Source: an archaeon (GTDB lineage: Archaea; Iainarchaeota; Iainarchaeia; Iainarchaeales; JANQMZ01). Taken from it: a stretch of DNA of 32,000 nt. The notes under the pieces are model-generated. The model ran no database searches. It worked only from the letters and a program-made list of their open reading frames with translations, and was not told the origin of the DNA. This document shows positions 25,560-32,000 of this stretch, in pieces (within the stretch, counting starts at the first letter, position 1; each line of letters opens with the position of its first letter). A program made the translations under genes and the position numbers. The stretch is from the NCBI GenBank assembly GCA_028279805.1, contig JANQMZ010000007.1, positions 120,001-152,000 of the forward strand, read 5' to 3'.

Positions 25560-27078
25560 AACCGGTTTAAAAGCGCTCTCTCAATCATTCCAAAAACTTG
25601 GAATTGAGATAATTTCAACAGGCGGAACCGCAAAAGAATTAAAAAAATTCGGAGTAAAAGTTGTTCCTGTTGAAAGTGTGACAAATTTTCCGGAAATGTT
25701 TTCAGGCCGCGTGAAAACTTTACATCCAAAAATTCATGGCGGAATTCTGGCTGACAAAAAAAACAAAAAACATTTAAATGAATTAAGAAAACATGACGTT
25801 AAACCAATTGACTTGATTATTGTAAACCTGTATCCTTTTGAAGAAATAATTAAAAGCGGAGAAACAAAGCTTGAAAAAATCATTGAATTTATTGACATCG
25901 GCGGTCCTACAATGATTCGTGCTGCTGCTAAAAATTTTGAAAATGTTGCAGTAATAACTAACCCTGATCAATATGAAAACGTGTTAAAAGAATTAAAGCA
26001 AAAAAAAGGGTTAAGCCTTGAAACAAGGAAAAAACTTGCACTTGAAGCTTTTCAGAGAACAGCTCAATATGATTCCATTATAAGTGCATATCTTGCAAAT
26101 GCATTTGATTCTCAAAAAAATGCAAATCTTTTAACATTGCCTTTTGAAAAAAAAACAGAATTAAGGTATGGTGAGAATCCGCATCAGTCCGGATTGTTTT
26201 ACACTGACCCCGTGTTTAAAGAAACAGGAATATCAACATCAGAACAATTGCACGGAAAAGAATTATCTTTTAATAACATTAATGATGCAAATGCGGGAAT
26301 TGAACTGTTAAAAGATTTAAACGAATTCAAAAAACCGGCTTGTGTTATAATAAAACATGCAAATCCCTGCGGTGCAGCCATAGCCCTTTCTCTTGAAAAA
26401 GCTTTTCAAAAAGCTTTTGAATGTGATAAAGAATCTGCTTTTGGAAGCATTATTGTTTTAAACAAAACATGTGATTTAAAAACAGCTCAAAAAATTTCAG
26501 CATTTTTTAATGAAGTTGTTATAGCTCCAGATTTTGAAAAAAAAGCTTTAAATTTGTTAAAAAAGAAAAAAAATTTAAGAATTTTAAAAATACCAGGTTT
26601 GGATAAAGCATTGCCTGAAAAATCTTTTGATTTGAAAAGAATTTCATCAGGTTTGCTTTTACAGGAATCAGATTCTGAAACACTGAATCAAAAAACCCTG
26701 AAAATTGTTTCACAAAAAAAACCTTCAGAACAAGAGCTTCAGGATTTATTGTTTGCGTGGAAAATTGTAAAACATACTAAAAGCAATGCAATTGTTTTTG
26801 CAAAAAACAATTCAACAGTCGGAATCGGTGCGGGGCAAATGTCCAGAATAATGTCCACAAAAATTGCTGTTGAAAGAGCTCAAAACAGGCAGAAAAATGC
26901 TGTAATGGCTTCAGATGCTTTTTTTCCATTCAGGGACAATGTTGAGTTGGCTGCAGAACATGGGATAAGCGCAATAATTCAGCCAGGGGGAAGCATAAAA
27001 GATAAGGAAATAATCAAAGCTGCTGATGAAAATAATATTTGCCTAATTTTTACAGGAATAAGGCATTTCAAGCATTAA
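25522..27078 (+). CDS. purH: Bifunctional AICAR transformylase / IMP cyclohydrolase
   Basis: KRALISTWNKTGL (MGS-like domain), VKTLHPKIHGGIL, DLIIVNLYPF, IDIGGPTMIRAAAKN, KHANPCG. TTG start at 25522 lies 6 nt after SD GGTGA (25511-25515). Overlaps the purN 3' end by 38 nt. Confidence 0.96.
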   Translation: MKVKRALISTWNKTGLKALSQSFQKLGIEIISTGGTAKELKKFGVKVVPVESVTNFPEMFSGRVKTLHPKIHGGILADKKNKKHLNELRKHDVKPIDLIIVNLYPFEEIIKSGETKLEKIIEFIDIGGPTMIRAAAKNFENVAVITNPDQYENVLKELKQKKGLSLETRKKLALEAFQRTAQYDSIISAYLANAFDSQKNANLLTLPFEKKTELRYGENPHQSGLFYTDPVFKETGISTSEQLHGKELSFNNINDANAGIELLKDLNEFKKPACVIIKHANPCGAAIALSLEKAFQKAFECDKESAFGSIIVLNKTCDLKTAQKISAFFNEVVIAPDFEKKALNLLKKKKNLRILKIPGLDKALPEKSFDLKRISSGLLLQESDSETLNQKTLKIVSQKKPSEQELQDLLFAWKIVKHTKSNAIVFAKNNSTVGIGAGQMSRIMSTKIAVERAQNRQKNAVMASDAFFPFRDNVELAAEHGISAIIQPGGSIKDKEIIKAADENNICLIFTGIRHFKH

Positions 27079-27081
27079 CAA

Positions 27082-27651
27082 TTAACATTCAATAATTTCT
27101 TTTTCTGTTATTATTTTTTTCAAAGCAATGTCATGTTCTTCTGTTGGAATTTTTTTTGTTTCCTGTTCTGAAAAAGCCAAACCAATTGTTGTAACATTTT
27201 TTTCAATTTTTTTTAAAAACCTGTCATAAAATCCTTTTCCATAACCAATCCTATGGCAGGCCCTGTCAAAAGCAACAAGCGGTACAACAATTAATTCAAT
27301 TTCTTTTTCACCTGCAATTTTTTTATTTACAGGTTCTAACAATTTTTTGCCATTTGAAATTTGTTTCTCCTGCAAATCTTCCATGCTTAAAATTTCACTT
27401 AAATGCATTTCTTTTTTTTCAAAATCAGTTACAGGCAAAAAAATTTTTTTACCAGTTTTTAAGGATTCTTTTATCATTTCAATTGTTTCAAGTTCTCCTT
27501 CAATTCCCGCATAAAAAGCAATTTTTTCAGATTCTTTAAACTCTTTAAGTGAAAAAAGCAATTGTTTTATTTTAAGCATTTTTTCAGTTTTTTTTTCTTC
27601 ATTCAGGTTAAGCCTTTCAATATGTTTTTTTTCCCTTATTTTTTTTTTCAT
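27082..27651 (-). CDS. 5-formyltetrahydrofolate cyclo-ligase (MTHFS)
   Basis: IFLPV ... LIVVPLVAFDRACHRIGYGKGFYDRFL is the characteristic family motif. The ATG at 27651 lies 5 nt after the purM stop. The alternative TTG at 27660 would overlap purM by 4 nt. Confidence 0.88.
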   Translation of the reverse strand: MKKKIREKKHIERLNLNEEKKTEKMLKIKQLLFSLKEFKESEKIAFYAGIEGELETIEMIKESLKTGKKIFLPVTDFEKKEMHLSEILSMEDLQEKQISNGKKLLEPVNKKIAGEKEIELIVVPLVAFDRACHRIGYGKGFYDRFLKKIEKNVTTIGLAFSEQETKKIPTEEHDIALKKIITEKEIIEC

Positions 27652-27656
27652 AAAAA

Positions 27657-28763
27657 TCAATAATTTTGAAAAACAAGTTTTTTTCCGTTTAAATGCAACA
27701 CCGTTTTTGGCTTAACCTGTTTTGATTTTTTAATTTCCCCTGACACCAATGCCAGAATTTTATGCTTTTTAGCCAGTTTTAACGCAGTTTCCTCGTCTTT
27801 TTTGTTTACAATTGCAAAAAAACCGTTTCCCATGTTAAACTTTTGATACATTTGTTCATCTGAATATTTGCTTTCTTTTTGCATTAATTCAAAAACAGGC
27901 TGGGGCTTGAACACATTATGCAGATGAAATTCCACTTTTTTTCCTATTCTGTTAAAATTTTTTAAACCATATCCTGTAATGTTTATTCCTATTGCATTTG
28001 TTTTTTTTCCCAAATCATACATTAATTTTGAATAAATTTTTGTAGGCTTAAGCAATGCAGAACCAATTGTTTCACCGTGACCGTTAGGCATTTTCTGGTT
28101 TAATTTTAATTTTCCTTTGTATTGTTTTTTGAATTGTTTTCTTTCCTCAAATTCTCCTTTTAACAAATTTAATCTTAAATCCGTGAAACCGTTTGAATGC
28201 GCACCTGAACTTTTAAATGCAACAATTTTCATTCCCGGTTTTACTGAAAAATTTGTTTTGTTTTTTTCAACAAATCCCATCATCATTCCCGCCAAATCAA
28301 AACCGTATCCTTTTTTTGGCGAGTCAATCATTTCATCCAGTGAAGCTGTTTCTCCTTTTCCTATGTTTAAAATTTTTGCACAATCCGATTCTTTTAATCC
28401 TTTAACAATTCCTTTCATTATTTGTTTTGTTAAACTTTTTTGCTGTATTTGTTTTTGCACTGCCAGATAATTTATGAACAAAAAAGGCTTTACATTTGGC
28501 AATGTGCACAAATCGTTTGAATTCATTGCAACACAATCAATCCCGATTGAATCATATTTGTTTAAGGCAGTTGCAAGAATTGTTTTTGTTCCCGCACTGT
28601 CAACCGCGCTTGCCAGATAATAATCCGAGGGAAAAGGAGTTTTTGACAATTCACAGAAAAAACCTTTGCTTTGTTTTAAAACATTTGATTTCATTCCCGC
28701 AGGAATTGCTTTTTTTAAGGCATTAACAGCTTTTGCCTCTCTTTTTGAATAATCAGACTGCAT
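27657..28763 (-). CDS. purM: Phosphoribosylformylglycinamidine cyclo-ligase (AIR synthetase)
   Basis: SAVDSAGTKTILA, GIDCVAMNSNDL and AHSNGF patterns of the PurM family. Confidence 0.9.
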   Translation of the reverse strand: MQSDYSKREAKAVNALKKAIPAGMKSNVLKQSKGFFCELSKTPFPSDYYLASAVDSAGTKTILATALNKYDSIGIDCVAMNSNDLCTLPNVKPFLFINYLAVQKQIQQKSLTKQIMKGIVKGLKESDCAKILNIGKGETASLDEMIDSPKKGYGFDLAGMMMGFVEKNKTNFSVKPGMKIVAFKSSGAHSNGFTDLRLNLLKGEFEERKQFKKQYKGKLKLNQKMPNGHGETIGSALLKPTKIYSKLMYDLGKKTNAIGINITGYGLKNFNRIGKKVEFHLHNVFKPQPVFELMQKESKYSDEQMYQKFNMGNGFFAIVNKKDEETALKLAKKHKILALVSGEIKKSKQVKPKTVLHLNGKKLVFQNY

Positions 28764-28834
28764 GTGAAAATAAAAACCCGAAAATCTTTAATAAGCCTTT
28801 TACTCTATAATATCTCAAATTTGGAGCTGTGAAT

Positions 28835-30382
28835 TTGAAAATTTTAAAAATTTTTTTAATGCTTTTTTTAATTTTTACATTTTCACAAAATGTGTTTGCC
28901 GATTATACAGGGCACTGTGATTTCAGAATTGACAACGCGCTTTTTTTTAATCCAACCAAATATGAGCCAACCATTTCTTTTAATACAGCGACAAACACGG
29001 CAACTATAAATGAAAATGTTGCATGCAATTCAGCTTCAAACAACGGGGCAATAGCGGTTTACAGGAATAATGCAGTGCTTAACTGCAATAACGCTTTTAT
29101 TTCAGGAAGAAATGTTGCGAGGGGCATCGGCGTTCATACAACCGGAGCCCAGATTGTAAACTGCAGGCTCCCGTCACTTGTCCAGGGGCAAAAATCTTAC
29201 GATGAAGCCATATACTTTAACATTAATTCTGCAGGCTCAGCTGTTGCAGATTCTTTTATCTGGAATGCGGAAAACGGAGTTGTTGTTAACAAAGCGCCTG
29301 ACATAACAGTTCAAAATGTTGAAATTGATTCGGATTTGTTCAGCTTAACAGGTTTCAGAACAACAAACGGTTTTGTGTTAAAAGGGCATCTGTCAAACAT
29401 TACACTCATTAACAGCAAAACTTCAAACATGAGGCAAACAGGATTATTGTTTGACACTGCATTTAACCAAAACAATTTTACCGGAAACATTTCAAACAAT
29501 GTTTTTTGTTCATCCCCAGCGGATTTGGCTGCAACAAATTCATCCCCGAACACCCAGTTTTTGGAAAATGATGTTAAAAATAACCAGTTTGACACTCTTT
29601 CAAAAATAACATGGAACAATCCCTGGGCACAAAATCAAAAATGTTCAACTGTTCAGCCCCCGCCACCTCCAGGAAGTCCTTATAACTTCATAGCTGAATT
29701 TTTTTCAGTTACGCCTGACCCGACAACAGGTGATGCACCTTTAAATGTTCAGTTTTTGGCAAGATGCCAGGCTCCTCCATCCCCAGAACTTGTAAGCTGT
29801 GTTGTTGAATATGGTGACAATGAACAATTTATTTTTGACATTCAGAATGACTGTGGTGAAAACAATCAGGGCAGGTCGTGCGGAACAGTTTTAAATCATG
29901 AATATCAGGCCGGAAATTTTACTGCAATAATAACCGCAACTGATTCTGACGGGAATGTTGTCAAAGATTTTCATAACATTAATGTTACAGGAGAACCTTT
30001 GCCGGGCCCGGGCGAAAACTGTTTAAATCTGGATGCGGATGAAAAAATTTTGAAAAATGAGAATGTAAATGTTTCAGTTGAATGCTTAACGCCTTTAACA
30101 GGAAATGATTTGATTAATTTGGTTTTTAAAAATATTTCAGGGCAGATTGTTTTACAGGATTCAGTTTTGTGTAAGGACGATTCAAAAGAATTCGGCCCTT
30201 TTGCAAAAACAGGTTCTTATTCTGTTCAGGGTTCAGATTCTCAGAACCGGTGCAATGGCAAAGACTTTTTTTCAGTTATTGATCCTGCTTTAACCGCTGG
30301 AATTCCTGAAATTCATCCTGCGTTTGGCTTACTTATAGCATTAAGTGTTTTGTTTATTTTAAGAAGAAAAGCGTTGGAATAA
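28835..30382 (+). CDS. Cell-surface protein, full-length paralog of 1..1482. Signal peptide, parallel beta-helix repeats, PPPPP linker, PKD-like domain, Cys-containing Ig-like domain, IPEIHP + TM + basic-tail C-terminal signal.
   Basis: Signal peptide MKILKIFLMLFLIFTFSQNVFA. Collinear similarity to 1..1482 (NNVFCSS / NNVLCSD, PPPPP, GDAPLNVQF / GPSPLDVTF, ITATDS / LTATDS). Ends AGIPEIHPAFGLLIALSVLFILRRKALE. Start is either GTG 28829 or TTG 28835. TTG lies 8 nt after GGAG, matching the SD spacing of other genes here. Confidence 0.8.
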   Translation: MKILKIFLMLFLIFTFSQNVFADYTGHCDFRIDNALFFNPTKYEPTISFNTATNTATINENVACNSASNNGAIAVYRNNAVLNCNNAFISGRNVARGIGVHTTGAQIVNCRLPSLVQGQKSYDEAIYFNINSAGSAVADSFIWNAENGVVVNKAPDITVQNVEIDSDLFSLTGFRTTNGFVLKGHLSNITLINSKTSNMRQTGLLFDTAFNQNNFTGNISNNVFCSSPADLAATNSSPNTQFLENDVKNNQFDTLSKITWNNPWAQNQKCSTVQPPPPPGSPYNFIAEFFSVTPDPTTGDAPLNVQFLARCQAPPSPELVSCVVEYGDNEQFIFDIQNDCGENNQGRSCGTVLNHEYQAGNFTAIITATDSDGNVVKDFHNINVTGEPLPGPGENCLNLDADEKILKNENVNVSVECLTPLTGNDLINLVFKNISGQIVLQDSVLCKDDSKEFGPFAKTGSYSVQGSDSQNRCNGKDFFSVIDPALTAGIPEIHPAFGLLIALSVLFILRRKALE

Positions 30383-30409
30383 GCATTTTAAACGCTTTTG
30401 TTATTTTTT
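30368..30409 (+). terminator. Terminator-like hairpin spanning the stop codon of the surface-protein gene
   Basis: AAAGCGTT (30368-30375) pairs with AACGCTTT (30391-30398) over a 15-nt loop. A T6 run follows at 30404-30409. Confidence 0.4.
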
Positions 30410-30415
30410 AATATC

Positions 30416-30877
30416 ATGCTGGTTGAAGTGGGTTTCAGGAACGGCAAATTTGATGCTTTAGGGGAATCAGTAAAACAAAGCATTATTGAAGATTTGAATA
30501 TTAAAACAATTGAAAAAGTTTCATATTCTGAGGGTTTTTTGCTGCCTGAAAGTTTTTCACAAAAACAAGCGGAAGAACTTGCTGTAAAACTTTTTCATGA
30601 CCCCATAAACCAGATTTTTTCAGTTAATTCTCCTGTTAAAAAAGACAGCAGTTTTGTCATAACCGTTCAGTATCATTCCAATGTTACTGATAATGTTGGA
30701 ATTGCAGCTGAAGAAGGAATAAAGGATTTGGGTTTTGAATTTAAAAAAAATGAACACGTGCGTTCTTTAAAAAAATATTACCTGTACGGCTCTTTATCGG
30801 AAAAAGAAGCAGAAGAAATTGCTTCAGGATTGCTTGCAAACAAATTAGTGGAAGAATTTGATGTAAAAAAATGTTAA
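30416..30877 (+). CDS. purS: Tandem (double) PurS-like protein, FGAM synthase PurS component
   Basis: 153 aa, about twice the usual PurS length. Both halves show the PurS pattern: [31 protein letters not shown] ... [17 protein letters not shown], and [27 protein letters not shown] ... [19 protein letters not shown]. Located 10 nt upstream of purL. Confidence 0.7.
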   Translation: MLVEVGFRNGKFDALGESVKQSIIEDLNIKTIEKVSYSEGFLLPESFSQKQAEELAVKLFHDPINQIFSVNSPVKKDSSFVITVQYHSNVTDNVGIAAEEGIKDLGFEFKKNEHVRSLKKYYLYGSLSEKEAEEIASGLLANKLVEEFDVKKC

Positions 30878-30887
30878 AAGTGTTAAA

Positions 30888-32000
30888 ATGAATCTGACAG
30901 AAAGAAAAGATGTGAAAACAATTCCGATTATTGAAATGAATGACGAACAGTTAATGGATGCAAGCAAAAATTTTTTATTATCATTAAAATTAAATGAAAT
31001 GAAAACAATTCAGGAACATTTTTTAAAACTTGAAAGAAATCCCACTGATGCAGAACTTGAAACTCTTGCACAAACCTGGTCAGAACACTGTAAGCACAAA
31101 GTGTTTAACAGTTCATTTGAATATGTTGAAAACGGTTCCTCCGAAAATATTGAAAATTTGTTTAAGGAAACAATAAAAAAATCAACAAAAGAAATAATGC
31201 AGAAAGAAAACTGGCTTGTATCCGTTTTTGAAGATAATGCGGGAATAATTTCTTTTAATGAAAATTTTGACATCGCATTCAAAGTTGAAACGCATAACCA
31301 TCCGTCCGCACTTGACCCTTATGGGGGAGCAAGCACAGGCGTGGGAGGAGTTGTCAGGGACATTTTAGGTGTTGGTTTGGGTGCGAAACCTTTTGCCAAT
31401 ACTGATGTTTTTTGCTTTGCTTTGCCTGAAACTCCTAAGGAAAAAATACCTAAAGGAATTTTACACCCAAAACGTATTTTTAAAGGGGTTAGGGCCGGAG
31501 TTGCTGATTATGGAAACAGGCTTGGAATTCCGACAGTTAATGGTGCAATTTTTTTTGATCAAAGATATCTGGGTAATCCGCTTGTTTATTGCGGCACTCT
31601 TGGAATAATTCCCAAAGGATTTCATCAGAAATCTCCAAAACAAAACGATTTGATTGTTGCTCTCGGCGCCAGAACAGGAAGGGACGGAATTCATGGTGCC
31701 ACTTTTTCATCAGCAGAATTATCAGATTCAACTGACTCAAGTGCTGTTCAGATAGGAAATCCCATTGAGGAAAAAAAATTTTTAGATGTTTTGTTAAAAG
31801 CAAGAGATTTGAAACTGTATTCAAGCATAACTGATTGCGGTGCGGGAGGTTTTTCTTCCGCAGTTGGTGAAATGGGTGAAGAAACAGGCGCTGAAGTTTT
31901 TCTGGAAAAAGTTCCGCTAAAATATGCCGGCTTAAAGCCCTGGGAAATCTGGTTAAGTGAAAGCCAGGAAAGAATGATTTTATCTGTTCCTGAAAAAAAT
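30888..32000 (+). CDS. purL: Phosphoribosylformylglycinamidine synthase subunit PurL (FGAM synthase II), 3'-truncated by the window edge
   Basis: Not in the ORF track because it has no stop in the window. My own translation from the ATG at 30888 gives an open frame to nt 32000. It contains [70 protein letters not shown] and [14 protein letters not shown]. Confidence 0.93.
   Translation, partial: MNLTERKDVKTIPIIEMNDEQLMDASKNFLLSLKLNEMKTIQEHFLKLERNPTDAELETLAQTWSEHCKHKVFNSSFEYVENGSSENIENLFKETIKKSTKEIMQKENWLVSVFEDNAGIISFNENFDIAFKVETHNHPSALDPYGGASTGVGGVVRDILGVGLGAKPFANTDVFCFALPETPKEKIPKGILHPKRIFKGVRAGVADYGNRLGIPTVNGAIFFDQRYLGNPLVYCGTLGIIPKGFHQKSPKQNDLIVALGARTGRDGIHGATFSSAELSDSTDSSAVQIGNPIEEKKFLDVLLKARDLKLYSSITDCGAGGFSSAVGEMGEETGAEVFLEKVPLKYAGLKPWEIWLSESQERMILSVPEKN

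Noticed and set aside
1405-30365. The two 64-nt near-identical cassettes 29 kb apart as boundaries of a mobile or composite element
   Set aside because: They are in-frame C-terminal coding segments of paralogous genes. The intervening DNA holds core housekeeping genes (ribosomal proteins, tfb, cysS, the purine pathway), and no recombinase is present.
1-32000. Search for CRISPR arrays, tRNA/rRNA genes, IS elements, integrases and terminal inverted repeats
   Set aside because: Intergenic gaps are all 165 nt or shorter. None contains regularly spaced direct repeats or a cloverleaf-compatible sequence that I could see. No transposase, integrase or Cas-like ORF is present.
1-32000. Alternative genetic code (stop-codon reassignment), as seen in some uncultivated lineages
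   Set aside because: All conserved genes (cysS, glyA, purH, purB, tfb and others) read full length with family-typical termini under the standard code and have no in-frame stops.

Overview
AT-rich, densely coded window with no rRNA, tRNA, CRISPR array or mobile element that I could find. The informational genes are archaeal: TFB, ribosomal proteins eL42 (L44e), eS8, eL33 (L35Ae), and RNase HII. Many genes carry GGTG/GGAGGTG Shine-Dalgarno sites 5-8 nt upstream of the start. All product calls are by-eye motif recognition, since no searches could be run.

Layout:
- 1-1482: 3' part of a beta-helix/PKD surface protein.
- 1494-7776, all minus strand: Hsp20, a tight three-gene operon of unknown basic-N-terminus proteins, a wHTH/coiled-coil protein, a ferric-reductase-like/DM13 membrane fusion, and two tandem unknown paralogs directly downstream of rpl44e.
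- 7905-15299: rps8e, tfb, rpl35ae, rnhB, a second Hsp20, a small Zn-finger protein, transaldolase/FSA, a Kef-type antiporter and cysS.
- 15360-32000: a purine plus tetrahydrofolate one-carbon supercluster. It holds purE-purC-purB, folC, an unknown 6-TM protein, glyA, folD, purN, purH, purM, 5-formyl-THF cyclo-ligase, a tandem-PurS gene and purL. It is interrupted by a secreted beta-propeller protein and by a second copy of the beta-helix/PKD surface protein.

Candidates worth follow-up:
- A 64-nt C-terminal sorting-signal cassette (IPEIHP + TM + basic tail) that is 58/64 identical between the two otherwise diverged surface paralogs. No sortase gene is in view.
- The SD-coupled three-gene operon at 2010-3949, with basic or RGG N-termini and a shared DLPTI motif.
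- The tandem paralog pair at 6216-7457, apparently co-transcribed with rpl44e.
- A stand-alone double PurS, and a PurE with a degenerate internal duplication.
- The uncharacterised membrane protein between folC and glyA.
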